This document shows, one piece after another, positions 11,207-21,780 of a DNA stretch of 38,836 bases. The stretch is from assembly GCA_000708835.1 (NCBI GenBank), contig DF237685.1:1-38836 (forward strand), in the 5' to 3' direction. Position 1 is the stretch's first letter; each line of letters begins with the position of its first letter. The notes beneath the pieces are model-generated. The model was given only the letters and a program-made list of their open reading frames with translations. It searched no databases and was not told where the DNA came from. The translations under genes and the position numbers were made by a program. Origin of the DNA: Klebsormidium nitens. Taxonomy: Eukaryota; Plantae; Klebsormidiophyceae.

Positions 11207-12441
11207 ATCGTTTCCCGTGAAGCCTGCTCGGGGAACCTGTACAGAGAACCGCTAATAAAAGATCAGATCAGTGCTACGATGGCGAGGTAGGTAATCTAGA
11301 ATCTTTTAGCATCAGTACAACCTCTATGTACCGTAGTCCATATCAGTGCCTCAATATACGAGGGCGGAGCAATCTCAAGAGAACAGATCCCGTACATAAG
11401 CCAGCAGGTCGTAACTAGCGAGTCGTCTTGGGGCACTTTACAGGAAGCCCGGCCTGAGATCGCCGGCACTCGTTCACTGCCATTGGCAGACTTTGAAACT
11501 TATGCTTTTGGCTTCAGCTGAGCCGCGAGCATGTCAGACCATGCATGAGTCTCTCATGAGTCTTGCCCGCCTACTGCCAAATTTGACAATTGGCTCCGCT
11601 ATATCTGTGGCAGCTGAGCATTCTCTCAACGAACTAGTACGCGGGCCTGCATGCATGCGACGCCGCCAACTGCAATCTGTAATGTGTAATCTACATTATA
11701 ATGTTATAACATTATAACGGGCTTTGTGAATTGATCGACGTGTACGTTGACAGGAACTTGTCCCGCTTTTCCAATTTAGTGCATATGATCAGGCTTATAT
11801 ACTGAGTATTGAATCGAAGCATGCATGTCAGTGTAAGTCGAGCTTTTCGGACCGCGAGCTTGCATGCACATGTGTCTGATCGTCCGGCGCGGTTAATATA
11901 GCAGCACGCGACTGAGTCCATGTGCATATCTCACTGATGCTCTGAGTCTGGAGCCGGATTTAGAGCGGTCCGGCTCCGCCCGCCACGCGGGTTTTCGCGA
12001 GCGCATACACGGACGGGTCGAGGTGCAAACCACATAAGCCACGCGCCCCGCCGCGCCAAGCCCACAGAAACGGACTACAGTACGGTCATGCTAGCGTGTG
12101 GTTGCTAGCCTACCCAAATGGCCCGCAGTACCGTATTTCTTACGGCATGCTTTAGCAACTCACAACCATCGTGTCAAGCTACTTAAATCTGGCATTACAT
12201 CGGTCGTGGGCTCACGACTTCACGAATCATCAACAAGAGACCTATCACAACGGCTTCGTCACAAACAGCCCCGGGATTTCGTGCTTTGTGACTTTGCGCC
12301 AACGGCTTGCAGGACGAATTGCAGATTGCCTGTATAGGTGTATCTTTCTAAGCTAAGAGAACGAAAGCCAGGATCCAAATCCAGTGTTACTATCCCGCCT
12401 TTTTAGCATTTGTTATTGATTAAAGGTTCTCCAGGAGCAGA

Positions 12442-12492
12442 CTATGTACGGGCACACACGAGCTTGTGCTGCTTCCAGTGAACCTTTTGACA
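12442..12492 (-). pseudogene. Orphan terminal MYND exon (CQKVHWKQHKLVCART*), displaced from copy 3
   Basis: TTTGCAG|TGT CAA AAG GTT CAC TGG AAG CAG CAC AAG...TAG. Closest to the last exon of copy 1. Copy 3 lacks this exon downstream of 17386. Confidence 0.85.
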
Positions 12493-12822
12493 CTGCAAAC
12501 ACCAACAATCGCCTTCAGTACCCATGTCCGTACTTCGTAGCACAATCAGCAAAAAACATTCAAAAAACACGCCGCATGCAGTTCTCTTTTCGGATCTTCA
12601 CCGGCAAAAAGGAGAGAAATACACAGGCAACGTGCCAAGATGGTTCTTAGACTATTTCGCATATTCTGTGGAATATCAATATCATCCCTGGCAAAACGAC
12701 ATTTCTATGTCCAAACGAAGTAAAAGGTTTCGAGAGTCGTCGCAACCAAACATTTCCCAATGCCGTAAGCAGATCTATGTCACGGATTCCGAAACTTGTC
12801 CATATTCAAAACAATCTCTTGA

Positions 12823-13271
12823 CAAAGATGCGCTCGGCAAAGAGCATCTCATCCTGCGAGAAAGTCTCAGACAGCGCCAGCTTTCCTGCTGCCAGGCAGA
12901 GGCCCTGCAACATCCCGCACCGCATCGCCTCCATCTTGGCAATCATGTAAGTTTTGCTTGCAAAAGTCTGTGCAGAGATCCGCTAGGATCAGCAGAAGAC
13001 CCCTGTGTTCAGGGTACCGGCAGAGAGTCCTAGCTGCTAGAGGCAGAAATCTACGGAGAGGAAATTGGGGCAGCTCCGCCCACCACCAAGCATGTCTAGT
13101 CCTTGATTCCAGGACTTCTGGAGACTGCCTTTCCCGAGCGCTTGTCGAGAAATAGTCAGGCACAAGCTCGGATACGGCAATAAAAGCACGGGTGAGAGCC
13201 GCCGGATTGTTGGCATTGCGCTCAATCTTTGCGTGCTGCTTCTCAAGCTCCTGCACCAGACGAGCTGCCAT
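12823..13271 (-). pseudogene. 5' half of exon 1 of MYND-family gene B (type II), with a 4-nt frameshift insertion
   Basis: MAARLVQELEKQHAKIERNANNPAALTRAF... is collinear with copy 5. AAC-TTAC-ATG replaces AAC ATG at ~12945-12950. Homology stops abruptly at CGC ATC TTT G (12823). Confidence 0.85.
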
Positions 13272-13436
13272 GTTTGCCGTCAGTGGCGCCCGAGACTGGT
13301 TGATCAAAGAGCGCCAGCAATTTTATAACTCATCTTTTACCCATCGCTTCCACGCCAAATCATGGTCGATTGGTTCACCCAGTGGCCTGTGCCTTTCCTC
13401 GTCGCTTGCGCATCTGCAACATGCTCTGCCAGTACT

Positions 13437-13470
13437 GAGCTGTAGGAGCTGTAGGAGCTGTAGGAGCTGT
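13437..13470. repeat. 9-bp tandem repeat (GAGCTGTAG)x3.8
   Basis: Read directly from the sequence. Confidence 0.9.
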
Positions 13471-13537
13471 CCTATTGGTGACTCGACCACTGGTGAAATC
13501 CGAAATTTTGTTTGAAGGACGAAGTCTTGAAGTCGAG

Positions 13538-13591
13538 GGGATCCCCTTGCCATTGGTTCCCGCCACTTTAACTTGAAGGTCGCCGGCAACT
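13538..13591 (-). promoter_or_regulatory. Conserved upstream block of the type II MYND genes (gene B copy)
   Basis: GTTGCCGGC..AAAGTGGCGGGAA..AGGGGATCCC is shared with 21552-21595 upstream of copy 5. Confidence 0.4.
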
Positions 13592-13906
13592 GTTGCCATT
13601 GGACAGAAATTGAAGCTCCAGAACCGAGAATGTGGCGCACCCTGAACAATGGAGCAGCAAAGTAGGGCTTGCATTTGGTAAGAAGAGATAGACGTCTCAT
13701 GCAGGCGCTTGACTCTGTTCCAAGGGACATAAGGGAAGGCATTCTGAGTCACCTGCAGTCTCGAAAGTTAGACCATGCATTTAACTTCTGTTGGCCGTCG
13801 TGAGGCAACTTGCGGCTGTTGGGAGGTTAAGCTGAACTTGCAGTGAGGGTGCATTGAATCTGCAGATTGCGCTGACGGAAACTCCTCCCTCTTGGAATCT
13901 GTGGAG

Positions 13907-16900
13907 ATGGCGTCAATGGATGCGGCCCAATTAATGAGCTGTGAGCTCTATTTCCATAAAGTCACCATTGACCAGAATGCCGACAACCCAACTGTCCTCA
14001 CAGAGCACTTCATTGGAGTGGCAGAGTGCATGGAAGAGTACTTCAGCATCAGTGACAAGGAGGCGCAATCTACAGAAGTCAAGGAATCAAGATCCAAATT
14101 CGGTTGGGCTTGGTTGGAACTGCCCCAGTTTCCAATGCGCGAGCTGCTGCCAGTTGCAGCGAAGGCCCTGCAGCGATTCCCGATGCACAGGGGCCTTGTT
14201 TTGGCCATTGCAGACTGGTGCATTGACGTCTGCAAGTCAAACGTGCTGGCAAAGATGGAGGCAATGCGATGCGGGATGCTACAGGGCCTCTGCCTGGCGG
14301 CAGGGCACTTAGCTCTGTGCGAGACGTTTGGAAACGACGAGTACCTGCTAGCTGGATGCATCTTTGAGGCGCTCCGCAAGGCTGCGGAGACCCCGAGCCT
14401 GAACTTTTTCTCGCGATCAATGAAAGTGAAGGACGAGTTCTATGCAGTTGCAAGGGAGGCTTGGTTGGGGGTCAGAATAGATACGGTTCTGGAGGCTTTG
14501 GAAAAGCGGGGAACGTTAATGAACTTTGAAGGGCCGCAGGCACCGAACCCGGCACTCGTGCTGACGGCCCTCTTCCTGAGAAAGGGCTCGGACTGGGTGA
14601 CAATGGAGCTCTATCTGCAAGTGGTGAAGAGCTTGGGGGAGGCGTTCGGCAACACGTTCCCGACAATTGCTGAGAATCAGGCTTTCGAAAGGTGAGCCAA
14701 CAATTTTGAAGGCGCCTGAAGCTTAGTACAAATTTGCTGTCAGCTTCTAAAGAAAGGCCTGAGGTGATGACAAGGTTTCAGTGACTCATTGCTGGCGTGC
14801 ACAAGCGGACGCTATGGTACATGGTAGGAAGGCCGTCGTATAGCTCGGCCATATGCCCCATTGGATGTCGGAATGTGTTTAGGAAAAGATCTCGTTTTGG
14901 TGAGTTCTGAGTGTCCGAATGCACAAAATCTGGTTAAAGAAGGAGCAATAATATCCTGACATAGTGCACAGCGATCAGCTGTGACTGCAGCCCAGACAGC
15001 CAACTACGGCGACAGGCTGGCTTTAGCAGTGGGTGCACCAATGGGGCTTCTTCTGTGCATCATGTTCTTGGTCAGTGTAGTAGATTAGTATGGATTTTGT
15101 TTGCCATGCGTGTAGACTCTCCTACAAAAGTCCGAAGTCAACTGGGAAATCAAGTCCTCTGAAAGATACTGCTTCGAAACTCGTTCCATCCCTACAGGTT
15201 CCTGAACGAGACTTTCGAAGGCTTCCGGGGCAAGGTCTTGCCGGACGCCCGGTTTGGCAGCTGCGGCGATCTGCTCGATGAGGCCCGGCTGATTCACATG
15301 CGGAGACTCTACCCTTCTGACATTCCTTGGGACCACAGGTATGAAGAGACGTAACAATGTGTGTTTCGCCATGATGCTGACTGCAAGTTCCGTGGTACGC
15401 CTCGTACTTGAGCGCAAGGACTGATGTTGACGGCTGTGATTACCCGTATGGTGATGGGTGGGAGTACGACGATAGTATGTTGATGGTCGGCTATGGTGTG
15501 CCATGAGATATAAGCGGCTCAGCCATAGGAACATGCATTTACCGAGAAGTGCATGAGGTCGCTTGCTTAATCGTACAATGGAATAGTCTTCTTTAAACTA
15601 CCGTTTCTAAACTCTGCTCAATGTTAGCTTCCGCTGCATCAAACTGCCAGAGAGGCACCCCCTCGCCTGAGCTAACTCCTTGGTTATAAAGTTAACTCCT
15701 TGGTTATTGTGCTAACTCCTTGGTTACAGAGCTATCATTTCACTCCTTGATTATAAAGCACGACGGGGTACCCATGGAGCAGAATTAGCACGAGTACATA
15801 TGTTTTCTTCCCTACACAGAGCTTCTGGAACAGGCTTCGCATTTTGAAACTAGAGTAGAGTGCAATCATGTTAGGGGCTGCACTCGGACCAGAACCGACC
15901 AAACTAAATCCTTCTCAGAGCATTTCATTTCGCGGCACTCATTCCAAGTCCTCGTCTTGCTTCCAGGAACTCGTGCCTGAATCCAACTCTGAACGAGCTC
16001 TATCGGAACATCTGCACCGTCAGCGAGGCGCAAATCTCGGAGCAGGTTGTTGTGTACAACAAGATCCGTAGAAACGTACGGCGTTAGCACTTGAAGTCTG
16101 CCAGGAGATTTGCTGAGGCCGATGCTCCTAGCAGCAGTTCGGCAGGTGACCACCTCGAGGCCCTAGACTCCCGTTCTCAAATTGGGTTTCGTATTTCCTG
16201 TTCTTGTTACGACCTTTTCCGACAGAAGTTTTGCATTGCATTCTCTTTACTTTTCAGGGCCTTCTCCGATTGGAGTTGTGCAATCTCTATTCTTACTAAG
16301 GAAAAGGTCCTTCAGATTGTAAGATTTGAGTCAAAATGGTTAGGTTTTAGACAAGCTCTCCGGAAAAGTTTCCGCTTCCAACCCACTCGGGTTAGGGGGT
16401 TGTCAGTCGAGTCGCATGGTGGAAGGGCATCTAATCGAGCGGTGCCCAGGTTTGTTAACTGCGTTTTTCTATTCCCCTTCTTCTCACTATCTTCTCACGG
16501 TGGCGAACATCAGGTTCATTGTGAGCCGGTTCACATTCGACATCAGAAAGTGCTGATAACTGCGCGAGGTTCAGTACTTGCTCCGGTCCCACTGTTCCTT
16601 GGCTCCTGACGTGTACTGCGTCATCAAGCTCATCAACTCACCAGGTCTCGTCACAACTTCGTTCTTCATTCAACCACGGCAGTTGATAAAACTGTCTGCT
16701 ACATACTCTCCATGCGCTTCCCACGGCTTCGCTTGCCGTGCTCTGATTGAATTTATCGGAGATTCGTGTTCCAGCATCCACTTAAGGCCTGGCATGGAGC
16801 AAATCTTGACTAGAATAACGCGCCTGGCTGCTTAGGAGCATCCGGTTCCAAATGTGTCAGCCCACGGAGTGATCTGCGCCTAGATTCGCTCAAGTTCCTG

Positions 16901-17386
16901 CAGCCGCCAGTCTTCTCCAAGCCTTTAATCAGGCTGCGCTTATAGTTGCGGAAAAACTTGGGAATATGTGACTAGAAACATTCGACGCCTTACATTTGGG
17001 CCTAATCACCCCGGACATCTACCTTCAGATTGAATATATTGCGTAGACGCTACCTTCACTCTGAAAACGTACTCCAATCTTCTTCAGCGATTTTGTTTCG
17101 AAGAATCCTTTTTGGCCTCGTTGGAAGCTTCTATCCTCATCGTTTCGCAGGAATACCCGCCAACAGCGGGGCTGTTAACATCAACGACAGTGCGGGATCA
17201 TTAGGCACAGCAAACACGGGAGCCTCACTCGAAGCGGGAGAGGCCTCTACCCCCCAGCCGGGGGGCCGGAGAGCGAAAACCAGAGCTTGTGCGAACTGCT
17301 CGAAAGACCAGAAAGAGCGCGCCCCGGGGGAGCCCGCTTTCAAGAAGTGCTCTCGGTGCATGGCCGTGTACTACTGTGGACCACAG
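13907..17386 (+). pseudogene. Helical-domain + MYND gene, copy 3 (type I), with a nonsense codon and a displaced last exon
   Basis: Exons 13907-14691, 15198-15338, 15967-16145 (in-frame TAG at 16085-16087), 17151-17386 (CANC..CSRCMAVYYCGPQ|). No terminal exon follows on the plus strand. Confidence 0.8.
15671..15757. repeat. 20-bp minisatellite (GCTAACTCCTTGGTTAxxxx), 3 copies plus 1 degenerate
   Basis: Units at 15671, 15691 and 15711, inside intron 2 of copy 3. Confidence 0.9.
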
Positions 17387-17411
17387 GTGACTAACTGTTG
17401 TACCTTTTTTA

Positions 17412-18054
17412 CTACGAGTCAGCTGAGGATAGGTGGACAATTGAGGGATCTGAAGAGGAGCAGCGGGACTGAGGCACAGGCAGAGGAGTGGTCAAAAACT
17501 CTGCCTTAGTTTCAAGAAGCAACTAACATGAGAAGGAAAGAAGGCATACACATCCACAGCGGTGTAACGTACGCAGGCACGCGCGCCCACAATATGCGGC
17601 TACAGTAACAAACCCTCTCTGCCAGAATCAAGGCAAAAGCACATGGCCCCAAGAAGTTCAAGTTGCGTGAGGGATAAAGCATTGAGAATTTAAAAAACAA
17701 AGAGAGTCCAAGCAAAAACCCGGACTCACCTGCTGAATGCAGTATTCTCGGCCACTGTGGGGAACTTATTTTCGAATGCCTCCGCAATGTTCCTCACGAC
17801 TTCGAGGTAGTGCTCCGTGTTGGCCGCGTCAGGATACTTATTGAAGTAATGCAACGTGAGCAAGAGCGCATGGTTCGCTGCTGGTGGCCCGTCAAAGCCC
17901 TCCCATCCCTCTCTTTCTGCTAAAACCTTCAATTCGGTCCCCACATCGACCTCGCCCCACGCGCTTCTCGCCACGGCGTAGAACTCGTCTTTGACGTCTA
18001 CCGGCTGCGCATAAAACTCGATGGCTGCGGGCTCCACAATCTTCCTGAGGGCGC
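17412..18054 (-). pseudogene. Inverted 3' half of exon 1 (18054-17730) plus part of intron 1 of gene B
   Basis: (G)ALRKIVEPAAIEFYAQPVDVKDEFY...AENTAFSR|GTGAGT is collinear with the 3' half of copy 5 exon 1. Intron similarity to copy 5 runs to about 17412. Confidence 0.85.
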
Positions 18055-20496
18055 TGCTGATCTACAAGCGGACCTTGAACCCCGCAGAGCTCCATTGGGA
18101 CCACAGGTATCCTCTTTGCGTCATACACATAACATCCATTTGTTGTGACATGTACACATGATCTGTACACATGATCTTTTGTGGCAGATACATCTGTTTG
18201 ATTCGGCGGAGCTGACAGCATGTCGATTCATGGCAGGTTCCCTTAGCGCGCTAACTTTGTTACGGTCAATGTCATCTCCCAGCAGCCTTCAACGTAAGAT
18301 ACTCCAACGAGAGTGCTCTCCGTGAGTACGTAAGACTGTTACTTACTCATCATGTGCTGTCTCTGAGCATGAAACACCCATTTTCAGTGGCTCTTGGAAA
18401 CTGGTTTTGAAAGACACTCTGCCTCGAGTCCTTTTCCATCTTCCGAGTGGCTGCTAATATTGCTTCCCCGTTGCTGGAGAAGTGTTCCTCGATCCTGGAG
18501 GGAAAAAATTGCTAGAACTGGAGCAGCTCAATCTCGGAACCACTGATGTATGTCACTTCTGAGTAAGCCGGACCATTTGCGCCAAATCTTTGCTTTCCTG
18601 GAGATGAGCTGTCCAGAACGTGCCAACTAGGGCCTCTTCTTGTATGTCCAAACCTCACTATGCAACGAAACTCAAAGCTTCGATCTGACACGAAAACACA
18701 GAAAACAAGCTCAATAGATCTCCAACTTTCTTGCAGCGTACCAGCGCTGCTGCCTGAGCTCAACGACATGTACCGGCAAGGTGGCGGCGTCAACCAGGCC
18801 CCGCTCCCCATGATTGTCGCTAACTACAATGCGTATCGCCGCGACTATCGGGCAACGGTCTGCCGGACCGCTCGCAAGTATGAGTGCACCTGCGCGCAGT
18901 GCGAAAAACTACAGAGCGAGCGGCCGTCGGGTGACCCTCTCTTCATAAGGTGCTCTCGCTGCCGGAGCGTCTTCTACTGCGGGCGCGAGGTGAGGCGTTC
19001 CGCTTTCGCTTTTTGAAGCTTATTCAAGGTTTTTGAGCTGAGCGACTGTTTCTTTCCCTTGTTACTTGTGAAGCGCAGCCTTTGCCGCACCCAGGACCGA
19101 ATTCAATCGGTGACTGGTCCTCCTGATTTCTCCTGCGGCAACGTGAGGCGTTCCGATTCGGTCTCATGGGTTCTCAAAACGTCTTTGTACAAGTGTTTCA
19201 ATCAGTTTCTTTGTTTTCGAAGTCAGAGCTTGCTGCACCTGTCACGATCACGAAGGTCTCCGTCTTTAGGAAGCGCTCGCGCGGTTGGGGCGTGTTCCTA
19301 CTGCGGTCCCAACGTGAAGCTTTCAGCGCTAATTTTCTGGGTTCTCTTTGTCATCTTTCTTCCTTTCTTTCGACTGTTTCAATGTTCCGGTAAGAGCAGG
19401 CTTTGCACCCGTGATTACACCAGTTAACGAAGCAGAGCTCCCCGTCTTTGACAAATGTTCAGACAACCCGAGTGTCTTCCCCTGCGGGGACGACTGTGAG
19501 GCGTTCCGTTCTGATATCTTGGAATCTCTTCGACGTTTCTTGTGCACTGTCTCCCTGTTGCTTGTGAAGGGCAGAATTCGCCGCACCCTTGACCTCACCA
19601 CATTCAACAAAGAAGGAACTTTCCGTCTTTCAGAGCTCCTCCGCCGAAGCGTGTTCCAGTGCGGGTTCGAATCACTGCATTCCGCTCTCGTCTCCCTCCA
19701 TGCTCGTCGTTTCTGTTCGCCCGCCCCTGTATTCAAACAATCGGGGTTTGAGTAAGTCAGGCTCGGTGGAATCGTGACCATACCGGAATCATGAGAATGG
19801 AGCTTGTGATACCTATCCCGATGCCAGCCGTTAGAGTGCGCAGCGTATTCGATTGCGCGCTCAATGCGAGCAGGAGGCCGTTATCGGTCCAGTCGCTTTT
19901 CTCTGTGCTAACGCGTTTCAATCTGGACTGACAAGCGTTTTTGCCCCACCGCACGGAGAGAACCATGAGTTTTGTGGCCGTTCCTAACTGACCCGCCCAT
20001 ATTTTCTTTTCTGATGCGTCTTCTATCTTTTCGGGCAGCTTGCAAGAACCACCTCGAGAATTGGTTGAAGCCGCTCGGATTAATCTGAGAATCTGTGTGG
20101 GAAGGACAGATCAGAAGCGCAAGTTCCTTCGCCAGATTCTGCTCCCAAGTGCGAGAGCTGGCGGTTTCGATTCAGCTACAGGTCAATTTCAGAGGGTTTT
20201 GTGCGGCTGTAAACCATTAGAAAGCAGGTCACGACTTCTGCATGCGAGTGACTTCTTTGTGCACGTCGTACTCAGAATCATGTCGGATGCCAGGCGTTCT
20301 CGCCTTGACCAACGTGACGTCCTGCATACGTCCACAATAGCGTCACGAATCCAGTCTGCAGTCTTACTCCGAGCTCCTGAATATCCTCGTCAGATATCAC
20401 GGTCCTTTTTTTGTCCACTCATCCTGTTCCTGGTCGCCCCTGCAGTGTCAACGGCTCGACTGGACGGAGCATAGGCAGGTCTGTGTTGCACCGTAA
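18050..20496 (+). pseudogene. 3' part of gene B: end of exon 2, MYND exon, terminal exon
   Basis: 18050-18106 ALLIYKRTLNPAELHWDH; 18737-18989 VPALLPELN..CAQC..CSRCRSVFYCGRE|; 20446-20496 CQRLDWTEHRQVCVAP*. The 3' flank resembles that of copy 5. Confidence 0.85.
19110..19760 (+). repeat. Array of about 5 decayed copies of the MYND exon end + 5' splice site
   Basis: Recurrent ...GTCTTC/TTCTACTGCGG...GTGAGGCGTTCCG-like units near 19130, 19290, 19480, 19650 and (partial) 19730. Confidence 0.75.
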
Positions 20497-21279
20497 TATA
20501 GAAAGTAGGTTGTACAGGCATACAAACCGTAGCTAAACACGAGAAATTGACCGGTCAGTGTAGAAATGGAAGTGGGCGCAGCCCCACATAGTGTGCCGCA
20601 ACGTTAACGCCACGCTCAACCGAGCGTTTGACTGTAGATACTTCGAGTTTGGCAGCCACCTTTGTCTTAGAACCTCCATATGGCCGTTATGTCGCTGTTA
20701 CTGTTGAAGTACAACTCGGTCACAAAAGCTGTTGGTTGATGTTTCACTTGTGAAGTTTCACAGACACGCACTTATTACTTTCTCTTTTACACACCGCAGC
20801 AACCTGAGCCATAGAGTTCTCATGGCATACATAAAATGCATGTATGTATGGTCATCACTATTTCTTTTTCGATGGCTGAGCTTCTATCCAGCTGGCCGCT
20901 CTAAGGCAATAGCAAGTTCAACGAGTGCGTCGGGGCTCCAACCAAAATTGGTTATTGCATAGCTTAGTAGCTTCCTACCCCTCTCCCCCTCAAACCACCT
21001 TGCAGTCACCGGATCACCTGAGCTAAAGAGTCTAAAGTATGTATTCATCCCGGCTCGCAATGTGTAATTCGGATCCCATGCGGATTTCTATCTGTCCAGA
21101 CATAGAGGAGACATATAGAAACAAGAAGTATAGAGTGCGTCACCCGCAATTATGCGTGCATAATGCGCATTGCTAATTCTTGACGGACGATTCGTAATGT
21201 CATAATGTGTATGGTCTGTATGGTTCAATCATCAATGCACCGTCGGTTGCACAATGATCCAGCCTCCAGGCCATGTCTC

Positions 21280-21458
21280 TTCAATTTAGGTCTAGATCAA
21301 GCTCCAGGTAAAGTAAGTTCCCAGCCTAACACTAAAAACCTAACCCTCAAAATCACCCGCTCCGCACCCGAACCCACCCTAACCCCCGAACTAACCCCAC
21401 CCGTCCCAGGCTGCTTGGCTTAGGTACTTTACCTAAAGCTTATTTTACCTAAACTGAA
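21280..21458. mobile_element. MITE-like element with ~35-bp imperfect TIRs and a telomere-like interior
   Basis: Left arm TTCAATTTAGGTCTAGATCAAGCTCCAGGTAAAGTA vs reverse complement of the right arm TTCAGTTTAGGTAAAATAAGCTTTAGGTAAAGTA. Interior has degenerate CCTAAC/CCCGAAC repeats. No clear TSD. Confidence 0.55.
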
Positions 21459-21551
21459 GTCTTTACTCCAGGCCGGGCCGCGCTACCTTGTGGTAACCGT
21501 CCTTCAAGGCTTTTTGCCCAGCCGTTTGCATTTAAATTTTACACCTTGTCT

Positions 21552-21595
21552 AGTTGCCGGCAACCAAAAGTGGCGGGAATCGACTAGGGGATCCC
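21552..21595 (+). promoter_or_regulatory. Conserved upstream block of the type II MYND genes (copy 5)
   Basis: Homologous to 13538-13591 (minus strand); contains GGCGGGAA. Confidence 0.4.
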
Positions 21596-21780
21596 TTCAA
21601 TTTTAACCCAATGTGAACTCCGGGCCCCTGCATGATGAGGCTGGCCCAGGCTGTAGCCTGTACAGTGTACTCCGACTGGCACGGCAGGCATGAGGAGGCG
21701 CACAGCAAGGATAGAGGCAAGCTTGAAGCAACTCTAATACCGTACTCGAAGTAGCTTGAGGCTTCACTTATTCAGGGCGG

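Noticed and set aside
11950-11977. GGAGCCGGA-N10-TCCGGCTCC hairpin as a Helitron 3' end
   Set aside because: No CTRR terminus at the expected distance and no other Helitron evidence.
16091-16609. 172-aa ORF and similar intron-spanning ORFs (8400-8966, 8927-9373, 19329-19781, 37903-38724)
   Set aside because: Explained by short real exons read through into introns, or by antisense overlap.
12823-18054. Programmed shufflon-type reversible inversion
   Set aside because: No inverted recombination sites at the breakpoints, no recombinase, ~325 bp lost, and both genes carry disabling mutations.
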